This document shows positions 6,720 to 16,288 of a DNA stretch of 38,943 bases, in pieces. The DNA lies in assembly GCA_051960355.1 (NCBI GenBank), contig JBQCEJ010000225.1:1-38943 (forward strand), written 5' to 3'. The notes below the pieces were generated by a model that was not told the DNA's origin, did not search any database, and was given only the letters and a program-made list of their open reading frames with translations. The position numbers and the translations under genes are program-made. The first letter of the stretch is position 1, and the number at the start of each line of letters is the position of its first letter. This DNA comes from Verrucomicrobiota bacterium. Lineage in GTDB: Bacteria; Verrucomicrobiota; Verrucomicrobiia; Limisphaerales; DASXHY01.

Positions 6720-9406
6720 AACCCCAGGTAAATGCCATCTCCGGTCGTCTGAGTCTGCGCCCGCCGCAACGTCGTTCGCTCGAAATCCTCGACCGGCTCA
6801 CGGAAATCGTCCCACCAAACAAGGGTTATGATCTGCCCGCCGCGCTGGAGATCATCAAGGGCGAGTTCCCGACGGTAAGCGATTTCGAGCGCGAGTTTCC
6901 CTCCCTTTGCTTTGCGCTGGCGACCGGCGTTGGCAAGACACGGCTCATGGGTGCTTTCATCAGCTACCTGCACCTCGCGCACGGCATCAACAATTTCTTC
7001 GTCATGGCTCCGAACCTGACGATTTACAACAAGCTGATTAACGACTTCACGCCGAACACGTCCAAATACGTGTTCAAAGGCATCGCCGAATTCGCCACCG
7101 ATTCACCGGAGATCATCACCGGCGACAACTATGAAGCCAAGGCAGGCACGCTGTTCGACCAGGTGCTTCGGTGCAAGATCAACATCTTCAACATCTCCAA
7201 GATCAATTCCGAGGTTCGCGGCGGCAAATCCCCGCGCATCAAACGTCTCTCGGAATACATTGGCGAAAGCTATTTTGAATATCTCGCCGCGTTGCCCGAC
7301 CTCGTGCTCATCATGGATGAGTCCCATCGCTATCGCGCCAGCGCTGGCGTGCGGGCGATCAACGAGTTGAAGCCGGTCATCGGCTTGGAATTGACGGCAA
7401 CGCCGATGGTCGAAACCTCCAAAGGCGCGGTGCCGTTCAAGAACGTCATTCTCGATTATCCGCTCGGCAAGGCGATGGCCGACGGATTCGTGAAAGAGCC
7501 AGCCGTCGTCACGCGCAAGAATTTCAATCCCGCCGGAATGACGCCGGAGGCCATCGAGCAGATGAAGCTCGAAGACGGTATTCGCTTGCACGAAAGCGTG
7601 AAGGTCGAACTGGAGACCTACGCTCGGGAGAGCGGCAACGCCATTGTGAAACCGTTCGTCCTCGTGATCGCCCGCGATACCACGCACGCCGGGCAGTTGA
7701 TGAAGCTGATTCAGTCCGAGGATTTCTTCAAAGGCGCATACAAGTCCAAGGTCATCCAGGTGGACTCCAGCAGGACCGGCGCGGAGGAAGACGAAATGGT
7801 CGAGCGTTTGTTGAAGGTAGAGCACAACGATGAGCCGACCGAAATCGTCATTCACGTGAACATGCTCAAAGAAGGGTGGGACGTGACGAATCTTTACACC
7901 ATTGTCCCGCTACGCGCCGCCAACGCGCGCATCCTGATCGAGCAGTCCATCGGGCGCGGCTTGCGTTTGCCGTACGGCAAGCGCACCGGGGTCAATGCAG
8001 TGGACCGCCTGAACATCATTGCGCACGACAAGTTTCAGGAAATCGTGGATGAAGCGAAAAAGCCCGATTCGGCCATTCGTCTGCAACAGGTCATTCTTGA
8101 GCCTGACAAACTGACCGAGAAAACCGTCACCGTCGTTTCACAGCCGCAACTGGCGAGCAAGCTCGGCTTTCAACCCGAGCAGACCACAGCGAGCACCCTT
8201 GTTCCCCAATCCGCCGAGTCGCCGGTGTTTACCACGCCGGAAGATCAGAAGGTTGCTCAAATCACCTACGAGGTGATCCGCAAGCTGGAAAATCAGCCGC
8301 AGAAGTTGCCGAGCGTCTCATACCTGTCCAAACCGGAAGTGCAGGCAGCGGTGTTGAAGGAAGTCCAGACGCAGTATCGGCCATCCCAACTGGAGATCGA
8401 AGGCGTGGCCAAGCAGCCAGATTTCGCGGCCATCGTAGCCAGAACCACGGAAGTCGTGATTCAGCAGACGATTGATATTCCGCGCATCCTGGTCGTGCCG
8501 ACCGGCAAAGTGCAATCCGGCTTCAATCCGTTCACCTTGAATCTCTCGACAATCAAATATCCGGTCGTTTCAGAAGAGCTTTGGGCCAAGCATCTGCGAA
8601 CGGATCAGGTGGACGTGATTGCCATGGGTAAAGGCGGCATCGAGGAAGCGCGTCTCGAAGACTACGTTGTAAGCGGCTTGGTGGATTTTGACGATGTTTC
8701 CTACGACGCCCATGCCGACCTGCTTTATGACCTCGCAGCCCAGGTCGTGAAGCATCTCCGCAGCTACCTTCCTGACGAGCACGAGATCAGCAAAGTGCTG
8801 CGCTGTTACCAGCGCGACATCGCCCGCTTCGTCCACGCGCAGATGCAGGAACACTATTGGGAGAAGGCTACCGGCTACGAAGTGAAAATCAGCAAAGGCT
8901 ATTCAGAATTAAAGCCCAGCGCATACACCGCCTCGGCCGCCGAGCCGGTGCTCGATTATCGCCAACCGCCTTCCGACAAGAGCAACATGGCCAAGTATTT
9001 GTTCGGTGGCTTCAAACGGTGCCTCTACCCGGTGCAGAAGTTCCAATCCGACAGCGAACGCAAACTGTCCGTGATTTTGGAGCGTGAAGCCGCAAAGTGG
9101 TTCAAGCCAGCAAAGGGGCAATTCCAGATCTTCTACAAATCGGGCGCTGACCATCTCGAATACCAACCCGATTTCGTCGCCGAAACCGACGGGGTGATTT
9201 ACATGCTTGAGCCCAAGGCAAAGAACGAAATGGCCGACGCCGAGGTTGTCGCCAAAAAGGAAGTGGCGGTGAAATGGTGCGGGCAAGCCAGTGATCATGC
9301 CGCTACGCATACCGGCAAGAAATGGCATTATCTTCTGATCCCCCACGACGCCATCGCCGAAAACATGACGCTGGAAGGTTTGGCGAAGCAATACAAAGTG
9401 AACTGA
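6716..9406 (+). CDS. res: Type III restriction enzyme Res subunit (SF2 helicase plus C-terminal PD-(D/E)xK nuclease)
   Basis: Motif I ALATGVGKTR (6923-6940). Motif II LIMDESHR. Motif III LELTATP. HVNMLKEGWDVTNLY. Motif VI QSIGRGLRLP. C-terminal YQPDFVAETDGVIYMLEPKAKNE, i.e. PD...EPK (9167-9217). Confidence 0.9.
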   Translation: MKPQVNAISGRLSLRPPQRRSLEILDRLTEIVPPNKGYDLPAALEIIKGEFPTVSDFEREFPSLCFALATGVGKTRLMGAFISYLHLAHGINNFFVMAPNLTIYNKLINDFTPNTSKYVFKGIAEFATDSPEIITGDNYEAKAGTLFDQVLRCKINIFNISKINSEVRGGKSPRIKRLSEYIGESYFEYLAALPDLVLIMDESHRYRASAGVRAINELKPVIGLELTATPMVETSKGAVPFKNVILDYPLGKAMADGFVKEPAVVTRKNFNPAGMTPEAIEQMKLEDGIRLHESVKVELETYARESGNAIVKPFVLVIARDTTHAGQLMKLIQSEDFFKGAYKSKVIQVDSSRTGAEEDEMVERLLKVEHNDEPTEIVIHVNMLKEGWDVTNLYTIVPLRAANARILIEQSIGRGLRLPYGKRTGVNAVDRLNIIAHDKFQEIVDEAKKPDSAIRLQQVILEPDKLTEKTVTVVSQPQLASKLGFQPEQTTASTLVPQSAESPVFTTPEDQKVAQITYEVIRKLENQPQKLPSVSYLSKPEVQAAVLKEVQTQYRPSQLEIEGVAKQPDFAAIVARTTEVVIQQTIDIPRILVVPTGKVQSGFNPFTLNLSTIKYPVVSEELWAKHLRTDQVDVIAMGKGGIEEARLEDYVVSGLVDFDDVSYDAHADLLYDLAAQVVKHLRSYLPDEHEISKVLRCYQRDIARFVHAQMQEHYWEKATGYEVKISKGYSELKPSAYTASAAEPVLDYRQPPSDKSNMAKYLFGGFKRCLYPVQKFQSDSERKLSVILEREAAKWFKPAKGQFQIFYKSGADHLEYQPDFVAETDGVIYMLEPKAKNEMADAEVVAKKEVAVKWCGQASDHAATHTGKKWHYLLIPHDAIAENMTLEGLAKQYKVN

Positions 9407-9475
9407 CATTGAAATCCACGGCTTACCTGGTCGAAACCGTGGGACAGTCAGGGAAAAGGCATGGGAACTTGAAAG

Positions 9476-9550
<75 letters not shown>

Positions 9551-9566
9551 AACCGGTAGAGCGGAG

Positions 9567-9595
9567 AAGATTGTCGCCCGCAGGACGTTTGTCAA
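9567..9595 (-). promoter_or_regulatory. candidate sigma70-type promoter for the tRNA-Lys gene
   Basis: On the minus strand: TTGACA (9590-9595), a 17-nt spacer, then AATCTT (9567-9572). The -10 element ends 16 nt upstream of the mature tRNA 5' end. The -35 is perfect and the -10 is weak. Confidence 0.35.
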
Positions 9596-9723
9596 TCTTC
9601 GGATAGACCAATGACCGTTTTTTCTTGAAGCAAAATCTTCGCTCCGAATTCCCGCTTGCAAGCATTCAAGCTTGATTGCATGCGTCACTCAGATCGAAGT
9701 TCCAGCTTCCGCCGATCCTCCCT

Positions 9724-11961
9724 TTATTTTTCCGTAGTCAGGGTGCCGCTGAGTTGAACCGATTTACCCGCTTTGAGTTTGAGATCAGCAGTGAGATCGC
9801 CATAGCGCACTTTGCCGCCCGTGCCGGTCACGCTGCGAATCACGGCGTTCTTCAACTTGCCGCCAGCCCAGGTCAGGTCCACTTCGAAACCGCCGCGGGC
9901 GCGCAGCCCTTTCACGGAACCGGATGGCCAGACTAATGGGATTGCGGGCAGAAGATTGATTTCGCCTTCGTGACTTTGCACGAGCATTTCCGCCATGCCA
10001 GCTGTGACTCCAAAGTTGCCGTCCGCCTGCATTGGCGGGTGCAGCCCGAACAAATTCGGACAGGTGTTCCGGGCAGAGAAGAGCTGCTGCAACATGCGAT
10101 GCGCATTGTCGCCGTCGTGCAACCGCGCATACAAAGCCGTGCGCCATGCAAAGGACCATTCGCGCACGTCGCTCGCAGCATCAATTCCCCGAGCGTCGAG
10201 CGAAACTCGGGCGGCTTTCGCCAATTCCGGCGTCTTCACGATGCTAATCTGATTACCAGGGTAAACCGCGAAGAGATGCGACGTGTGGCGATGATGATCG
10301 TTGGGCGTGTCGAGTTCCGGATTTTTCGAAACAGCGTTGGTTCCGGTCTTCTCGGTCATCCATTCGAGCAATTGTCCCCAGCTTCCAATTTTTGGCGTGA
10401 CCAGCTTATCGCGCATGGTGGCGATTTTATCGCGATAAGCCCGATCCACACCCAGCGCATCGCTGGCCTGAATGTAGTTGTTGAACAAATCCCAAACAAT
10501 TTCCTGGCTGTAACTCACGCCATCTTCCTCGGGACCGTGTTCTGGCGACCACGCATTCGGAACGATCAGACCGCCGTCGGGCATGGTTTTCAGATGATCC
10601 TCCCAGAATTCGCAAGTTTCCTTGAGAATCGGATACGCAACCGTCCGGAGATACTTCTTGTCACCGCTGAATGCGTAATGTTCCCACAGATGCTGGCAGT
10701 ACCAGGCATTCGCGGTCTTGTCCCACTTCCATCCCATGCCGCCCATGACGTTGTGCGATGTGCGGATGGCAAACCCGCGGGAGGTCATCGCGCCTGAAGT
10801 TGTTTTGAAATCCGGCGACGCGGCGGTGGCCTTGCGCCAGGCGGGAAGCTGGCTGGCGATCAGGTCAAAGAACGGCACGTGACACTCGGCCATGTTCGCG
10901 ACTTCGGCAGGCCAGTAATTCATCTGCACGTTGATGTTCGCATGGTAATCGGAATGCCAAGGCGGATCGTTGCGATCGTTCCACAGGCCCTGCAAGTTCG
11001 CTGGCAAGCCGCCGGGACGCGAACACGAGATCAACAGATAACGGCCATATTGAAACAGCAGTTCCTCCAGCTCAGGATCCACGGTGTGGACCGCGGCGAG
11101 TTTGCGTTTGTCTGTCGGTTGCGAATTTTGTTCCGGCGACGATTTTCCAAGGTCGAGCGCGACGCGGTTGAAGAGTGATTGAAAATCTCTGACGTGTTCC
11201 GCCTTGAGCGTGGCAAAGCTTTTCCGCGAAGCCGCCGTCAATGCCGCGCTCAGGCGTTTGTGCGGCGGCTCACCGCGATAATGCTTCACGTAGTCCATCG
11301 CGTAGTCCGTGCCTGCAACGATCAGGAAGGTGAGGCGATTGCAGTTCTTGAACTCCAACGTCGTCCCGCTGGCCCGGAGCGAACCGCCCTCATGCAACGC
11401 GAGTAGTTGCCACTCAAATTTCAAACCATTGTCCAGCGCGCCGGAAACGATCAGCCGATTGCCTTCCGCTGCGACGCGGGCATTGTGCGAATCGGCCAAT
11501 TCGATCGTTCCCGTATAGCTGCCGGGCTTATCCGCAGTGAATTCCGCCGCGAGCACGTCCGCGGGATGACTGCACAAATATTCGCGCTGAAAGGTCACAC
11601 CGTGCGATTGATAAACGACCTTGGCCACGGCGTTGCTGAGATCCAGTTCACGGCGATAGTTGGAGTTGGTTTCATGGCCGGGCAAATTGATGAAGATGTT
11701 TCCAAACGTCTGATAGGAGCCCATTTTTTGATAGTCGCCCGAGAGGTTTTCGTCGCCGGTCCAGAGGCTGTTCTCATTGATGTTGATTCGTTCACGCTCA
11801 GGCACGCCGAAGATCAAACCACCGAGACGTCCGTTGCCGATCGGCAGCGCTTCGTTCATGGGATTTTTGGCCGGCTGCTCAAACCAGAGGGTCAAGTCCG
11901 CAGCGAAGCTGGTTTGGATCAACTGCCAAATAACGACGGCGCCTATAAATAACTTTTTCAT
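9724..11961 (-). CDS. glycoside hydrolase family 95 (alpha-L-fucosidase-like), secreted
   Basis: N-terminal signature [48 protein letters not shown], following the signal peptide [21 protein letters not shown] prefer the ATG at 11961 to the ORF-track start 12030, which overlaps the crp gene. Confidence 0.85.
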   Translation of the reverse strand: MKKLFIGAVVIWQLIQTSFAADLTLWFEQPAKNPMNEALPIGNGRLGGLIFGVPERERININENSLWTGDENLSGDYQKMGSYQTFGNIFINLPGHETNSNYRRELDLSNAVAKVVYQSHGVTFQREYLCSHPADVLAAEFTADKPGSYTGTIELADSHNARVAAEGNRLIVSGALDNGLKFEWQLLALHEGGSLRASGTTLEFKNCNRLTFLIVAGTDYAMDYVKHYRGEPPHKRLSAALTAASRKSFATLKAEHVRDFQSLFNRVALDLGKSSPEQNSQPTDKRKLAAVHTVDPELEELLFQYGRYLLISCSRPGGLPANLQGLWNDRNDPPWHSDYHANINVQMNYWPAEVANMAECHVPFFDLIASQLPAWRKATAASPDFKTTSGAMTSRGFAIRTSHNVMGGMGWKWDKTANAWYCQHLWEHYAFSGDKKYLRTVAYPILKETCEFWEDHLKTMPDGGLIVPNAWSPEHGPEEDGVSYSQEIVWDLFNNYIQASDALGVDRAYRDKIATMRDKLVTPKIGSWGQLLEWMTEKTGTNAVSKNPELDTPNDHHRHTSHLFAVYPGNQISIVKTPELAKAARVSLDARGIDAASDVREWSFAWRTALYARLHDGDNAHRMLQQLFSARNTCPNLFGLHPPMQADGNFGVTAGMAEMLVQSHEGEINLLPAIPLVWPSGSVKGLRARGGFEVDLTWAGGKLKNAVIRSVTGTGGKVRYGDLTADLKLKAGKSVQLSGTLTTEK

Positions 11962-12019
11962 GATCTGCTTGCTGTGCGTCGGTTTGGACGGAACAGCGGG
12001 CGGCTCATTCACGCCCGGG

Positions 12020-12739
12020 TTACTCGCCAAGGTTGCGGCGCAGCAGCGCGTTCAAGCGGGCCGGCGAGAGGATCGTCACGGTCTTGTCTTTGACGGTCAG
12101 AAGCTTTTGCTGCCGGAACTTGGCCAATGTGCGGGAAAACGTTTCGCTGACCGTGCCGAGTTCGGCCGCCAGCACGCGCTTGGTCATGGTCAATTCGATG
12201 CGCGCCGGCTGTTCGCTGGCGGGATTGGGACAGCGCTTGATCAGCCAGTTGGCCAGCCGGGTTTCCACATCCTTCAAGGTCAGGTCTTCGAGTTGGCCGA
12301 CGAGCACGCGCAGATGACTGCTCATCGAGCCGAGCATGCGCAGCGCGAGTTCCGGCTGGCGTTGCAGCAGGGCGAGAATGCCGGCCTTTTGAACGAGCAG
12401 AACCTGCGAGGCCTCAAGTGCACGCGCATCGGCGGGATAACCCTTTTCGGAAGCCAGCGCCACTTCGGCAAAAGAATCGCCGGTGCGGAAGACGTGGATG
12501 ATCTGTTCCTTGCCCGCGGCGCTGACGCGATGAACGTTCACCGCGCCGCGCTGCACAATGTAAAAACCCACAGCGGGATCGCCTTCGTGAAACAAATAAT
12601 CCCCTTTATCAAGCGCCTTCACCACGGTCACGGCGGCGATATTTTCCAGATCCTGCAGCGGCAGTCCGGTGAACAACTGACAACTTCGGAGCGTGTTGAC
12701 GATGGCAATGGTTTTGAATTCGTTCAGAGCGGCGGACAT
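12020..12739 (-). CDS. Crp/Fnr-family transcriptional regulator (DNR/NnrR-like; no FNR-type Cys cluster)
   Basis: cNMP-binding fold ([23 protein letters not shown]...GDSFAEVAL) and a C-terminal HTH ([23 protein letters not shown]). It has a single N-terminal Cys. It lies in the nirK operon. Confidence 0.85.
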   Translation of the reverse strand: MSAALNEFKTIAIVNTLRSCQLFTGLPLQDLENIAAVTVVKALDKGDYLFHEGDPAVGFYIVQRGAVNVHRVSAAGKEQIIHVFRTGDSFAEVALASEKGYPADARALEASQVLLVQKAGILALLQRQPELALRMLGSMSSHLRVLVGQLEDLTLKDVETRLANWLIKRCPNPASEQPARIELTMTKRVLAAELGTVSETFSRTLAKFRQQKLLTVKDKTVTILSPARLNALLRRNLGE

Positions 12740-12748
12740 GCGAACGAT

Positions 12749-12997
12749 TCAAGCAGTTTCCCGCCAAAAGTAAACCAGCCAGTCCGCCCCTGCCCCACGC
12801 TCAACCTTGGATGCAAAACCTTCACTGCTCAATTTCTCAATCAACGGCGAGGGCAGAAAGGGTGCGATGACCAGCAAGCCTTTGCCCGCAGGCAGCGCGT
12901 CCACGCGCTTGCGAATTTCAGGAAAGGGCTCGGTGCCGCCGCGAATCATCTCGCGCACGTCGAACCGCTTGAAAGCAGTGATCGGAGGAGTGCTCAT
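12749..12997 (-). CDS. DUF2249 domain protein
   Basis: An 82-aa ORF with a DUF2249-like pattern (FDVREMIRGGTEPFPEIRKRVDALPAGKGLLVIAPFLPSPLIEKL). Its start overlaps the sco stop (ATGA at 12994-12997). Confidence 0.65.
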   Translation of the reverse strand: MSTPPITAFKRFDVREMIRGGTEPFPEIRKRVDALPAGKGLLVIAPFLPSPLIEKLSSEGFASKVERGAGADWLVYFWRETA

Positions 12998-13620
12998 TGG
13001 CTGTTCATGGTTTTAAGTTTTTCGATAACACCGTCCGTCGGGAGATTCAAGCCCGGCTGTTGAAACACGATTTCACCCTCGGCATTCAATACCGTGATGA
13101 GATTGGAATGCGCGAATTGCCCGCTCGCATCCTTCCGATAATTCACGCCGAGCAAAGCCGCCAGTTCACGCACATTGTCCGGCTCACCCCGCAACAGCGT
13201 CCAGTCGGCCTTTGGCAGATCGCGTTCAATCCGCATCGCGTGCAGAGCCTCTGGCGTGTCGCGCTCGCTGTCAAACGAGATCAGCGTGAAACCCACGTTC
13301 GTGCGCAACGCTTCCGGCAAGGCGCTGGCAATGCGCTTGAGGTCGTTCACCAGGATGGGACACGTGTACTGGCAACTGGAGAAAAACATGATCACGACCT
13401 GCGGCTTGCCGCGCAAGGCGCCGAGCCGGATCGGCTTCGCTTCGTCTGTCGTCCAGATCGAATCAATTTGATAAAGCGACTTGTCGGTGAACGTCGCCGG
13501 CGCGAGTGTTTTGGAGCAGCACGCAGGCAAATCAGGACTGCTGTTCCTTTCCGGGGCTGGTGCGGCGCCTGCAATCGACCAAGCCAAAGCGGCGGCCAGC
13601 AGAATTGTTGGAGTCTTCAT
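12994..13620 (-). CDS. SCO1/SenC-family copper chaperone (thioredoxin fold)
   Basis: CxxxCP motif (SCQYTCP) plus a downstream His (FAHSN). Signal peptide MKTPTILLAAALAWSIAGA. The ATG at 13620 overlaps the nirV stop (ATGA). Confidence 0.8.
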   Translation of the reverse strand: MKTPTILLAAALAWSIAGAAPAPERNSSPDLPACCSKTLAPATFTDKSLYQIDSIWTTDEAKPIRLGALRGKPQVVIMFFSSCQYTCPILVNDLKRIASALPEALRTNVGFTLISFDSERDTPEALHAMRIERDLPKADWTLLRGEPDNVRELAALLGVNYRKDASGQFAHSNLITVLNAEGEIVFQQPGLNLPTDGVIEKLKTMNSQ

Positions 13621-14411
13621 AAATCTTTGGCGCAACGGAAGCCCAAGTTGTGAACGGAATAATCTGCCTTGAGGCTGCTGCGAAATCCGTAGCGCATGAA
13701 CGCGGGAAAATTTTCGACGTCTTTCGCTCCAACCGATCCAGCGCCGCAGAAGCGTTCTCGGTCAAGCCCGCTGTCGTTGCGCGCGTCGCCAGTGACGGTG
13801 GCGGTGTTAAAGTCGGAAACCCATTCCCAGACCAGCCCATGCAGATCATGCACGCCCCAGAGATTCGCACTGTCCAGACCGACGTCGTTCAATTTCGCGG
13901 GAGTTGGTGTGGCATACCATTGGAACACCTGCCGCTTGAAGGCGGCATCGTTCTCGCCGTCCGCGCGCGTTGGGCTGGCAGCGGCGGCGTATTCCCACTC
14001 GGCCACCGTTGGCAGACGTTTGCCCTTCCATTGCGCGTACGCTTTGGCGGCAAACCAGGACACGCGAGTCACGGGAGCGTTTGGCGGCGCATTGGTGCCG
14101 AGGTCCAGGTCACCGGCCCAATGTTTTAGATACGATTCGTCAGCGAAAATCCGTTTCACCTGTGACCGTTGCCAACGCGGATTGGCGCGGACGAATTCCA
14201 GGAACTCGCTGTTCCTGACCGGCAGCACGTCGAGATAAAAACCTTTGACCGGCACTTCCTTGAGATCCGTCAGCGACCGAAACAATGGCCGATAAACGCC
14301 GTCAGGAATTCGCGCCATGCCTGCCGGAGGCAATTCTGCGCCCCACGCGCTGCTCATGACTGCGCTGGCGAGCAGTGCGGCAAGGCAAATGGATCGGCGG
14401 ATTCCTGACAT
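13617..14411 (-). CDS. nirV: formylglycine-generating-enzyme (SUMF1) family protein, NirV-like
   Basis: FGE-sulfatase domain signatures (VTRVSWFAAKAYAQWKGKRLPTVAEWEYAA; LWGVHDLHGLVWEWVSD; NLGFRCAKDL). It lies immediately downstream of nirK, as nirV does in other denitrifiers. I prefer the start at ATG 14411 (MSGIRRSICLAALL...). Confidence 0.8.
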   Translation of the reverse strand: MSGIRRSICLAALLASAVMSSAWGAELPPAGMARIPDGVYRPLFRSLTDLKEVPVKGFYLDVLPVRNSEFLEFVRANPRWQRSQVKRIFADESYLKHWAGDLDLGTNAPPNAPVTRVSWFAAKAYAQWKGKRLPTVAEWEYAAAASPTRADGENDAAFKRQVFQWYATPTPAKLNDVGLDSANLWGVHDLHGLVWEWVSDFNTATVTGDARNDSGLDRERFCGAGSVGAKDVENFPAFMRYGFRSSLKADYSVHNLGFRCAKDL

Positions 14412-14433
14412 GGCTTGTTTCTTTCGTTTCGGG

Positions 14434-15972
14434 TTATTCGAAACTGCTCTTGGCTGGGGGTGGCGGCGTTTCCTGACGGATCCGGGCGACTTCCTGAACA
14501 GTGACCGCATCACCGCTGTTGCCCCAACTGTTGCGCACATAGGTCAGCACGTTGGCGATTTGTTCGTCCGTCAGATAAGCCAGCGAGATCATTGTGCCAT
14601 TGTAGGTCTTGCCATTAACGGTGATCTCGCCTGTGCGTCCGGCGATCACGCCTCGAATGATGTCATCCTTGTCCTTGGCTGAAAGAAAATCGGATTTGGC
14701 CAGCGGCGGAATCTGGTTCGGAACACCCTGTCCTTCGAGTTGATGGCAGACGAAGCAGGTTTGCGCATAAACCGATTTGCCTTTCTGGATTTGGATTTCC
14801 TTGGTCAACCCGGCGATCTTGGGATTGCTTTTGATTTCGTGGGCAACCTCGGCCTTGAGGGCGGCAACGCGCTTTTCCGTCTCGCCGCCTTCCACGGCCT
14901 TGCCGAGATAAACCGCGTCCACTTCCTTGCCGGAATAGACGATTTGATTTTGTGGACCGTCCACTTTCAACATGCCGAGCGCGCCTTTGTTGAACGCGCG
15001 GAACAGCGCGTGGTCCACCAACACGTAGGTTCCCGGAATTTCCACCTCGAATTCCAGCATCACCGCGCCGCCAGCCGGAATGGTCGTCGTCTGCACATTG
15101 TGCTGGCTGGGCGTGGTGCCGCCTTCCTGATAAACGGTGTCGAAGATTTCGCCGATGACGTGGAAGGACGACGTGAGATTGGGACCGCCGTTGCCGACAT
15201 ACAAACGGATTTTCTCACCCACTTTGGCCGTGAGCGCCTTGTCGCCCACCAATGATCCGACGGAACCGTTGAACACCACGTAGGTCGGTCGCTCGTCCGT
15301 GGCTTTGTTCATATCGAAACCCTGCAAGCCTTCCTCGCCATAACCACCGATCGTATAAAACTCGCCTTGCATCACGTAATATTCATGGTCCACGGGCGGC
15401 AAACCTTCCTTCGGCTCGACGAGAATCATTCCATACATGCCGTTGCCGACGTGCATGCCGACCGGTGCGGTGGCGCAATGATAGATGAAGATTCCGGGAT
15501 TAAGAGCCTTGAACGTAAACTGCGAGCTGTGACCGGGCGCCGTGAATGATGATGCCGCGCCGCCACCGGGCCCGGTGACCGCGTGGAGATCGATGTTATG
15601 CGGCATCTTGTTGTCTTGATGATTGTTCAAATGGAACTCCACCTCGTCGCCCTCGCGAATGCGAATGAAGCTTCCCGGGACATTCCCGCCGAACGTCCAG
15701 AAAACATAATCGACGCCATCAGCCAGTCGCTTGGTAACTTCAATCACTTCCAGGTTCACGACCACTTTGGTCGCATGCTTGCGCGTGATCGGCGGCGGCA
15801 CCTGTGGCGCTTGCGTGAGCACGGCATTTTCAACACCTTGGATTTCCGGATCGGTGAGTTTGCCGGCTGGGGCCTTCACTTCCGATTCCGATGAGTGCGC
15901 GATGCTCATGGTCAAGCACAGGCCAGCAGTGGCGACGCAGAGTTTTTTCCTGAGAGCGGGGCTAATTTTCAT
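14434..15972 (-). CDS. nirK: copper-containing nitrite reductase NirK with a C-terminal cytochrome c domain
   Basis: Cu-ligand motifs [15 protein letters not shown] and [20 protein letters not shown]-terminal extension of about 150 aa with the heme c motif CFVCH (14743-14757). Signal peptide present. Confidence 0.9.
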   Translation of the reverse strand: MKISPALRKKLCVATAGLCLTMSIAHSSESEVKAPAGKLTDPEIQGVENAVLTQAPQVPPPITRKHATKVVVNLEVIEVTKRLADGVDYVFWTFGGNVPGSFIRIREGDEVEFHLNNHQDNKMPHNIDLHAVTGPGGGAASSFTAPGHSSQFTFKALNPGIFIYHCATAPVGMHVGNGMYGMILVEPKEGLPPVDHEYYVMQGEFYTIGGYGEEGLQGFDMNKATDERPTYVVFNGSVGSLVGDKALTAKVGEKIRLYVGNGGPNLTSSFHVIGEIFDTVYQEGGTTPSQHNVQTTTIPAGGAVMLEFEVEIPGTYVLVDHALFRAFNKGALGMLKVDGPQNQIVYSGKEVDAVYLGKAVEGGETEKRVAALKAEVAHEIKSNPKIAGLTKEIQIQKGKSVYAQTCFVCHQLEGQGVPNQIPPLAKSDFLSAKDKDDIIRGVIAGRTGEITVNGKTYNGTMISLAYLTDEQIANVLTYVRNSWGNSGDAVTVQEVARIRQETPPPPAKSSFE

Positions 15973-16137
15973 AGTTCACTTTGTTTTTGGAAATCTAGTT
16001 TGGGATTGCGGGTTTAAGCCATCAACAGTCAAGGGCGCGAACGCCACCACCGGGGAGATCGCGGCGAGCACCAGTCTGTTTCGGCTCTCTGAGATCTGAG
16101 ACATGAGTGAAATTTAGCATTGTCGAAAGCTGCCGCA

Positions 16138-16151
16138 TTGACTTTCGTCAA
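16138..16151. promoter_or_regulatory. candidate Crp/Fnr (FNR/DNR-type) binding box
   Basis: Perfect palindrome TTGAC-TTTC-GTCAA in the divergent intergenic region. It lies about 166 nt from the nirK start and about 138 nt from the start of the NarI-like gene. The FNR/DNR consensus is TTGAT-N4-ATCAA. Confidence 0.5.
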
Positions 16152-16288
16152 AGACAGGAAGCTTCAGACTCGGCATCTTGAGACGCAGATGGAATGAAAA
16201 TCTGAAACAACGCCGTGGAAATTCAGTGCTAGATTTTTGACTCCAGCAGCATTACTTGTTTCAACTCAGAAAGCCGAAAACATCAATC

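Noticed and set aside
1-9406. Calling the defence operon DISARM class 1 (SNF2 helicase plus Type III-like methylase), BREX, or a plain Type III R-M.
   Set aside because: No DUF1998 (DrmB), PLD (DrmC), PglZ or PglX-like genes are present in the window. A bona fide Res with a PD-ExK nuclease is present. Plain Type III does not explain the five extra coupled genes. Upstream sequence is missing, so this rejection is provisional.
9415-9441. Hairpin CCACGG-N15-CCGTGG after res as a terminator.
   Set aside because: It has only a 6-bp stem, a 15-nt loop and no U-run, which is too weak to call.
9640-9690. Short palindromes (GCTTGCAAGC, CAAGCTTG) between the tRNA and the GH95 gene as att-site or regulatory repeats.
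   Set aside because: They are only 8-10 bp, are not repeated elsewhere in the window as far as I could see, and are compatible with chance.
11962-12030. ORF-track N-terminal extension of the GH95 gene ([23 protein letters not shown]...).
   Set aside because: It overlaps the 3' end of the crp/fnr gene. The ATG at 11961 gives a canonical signal peptide ([20 protein letters not shown]), so the shorter form is more plausible.
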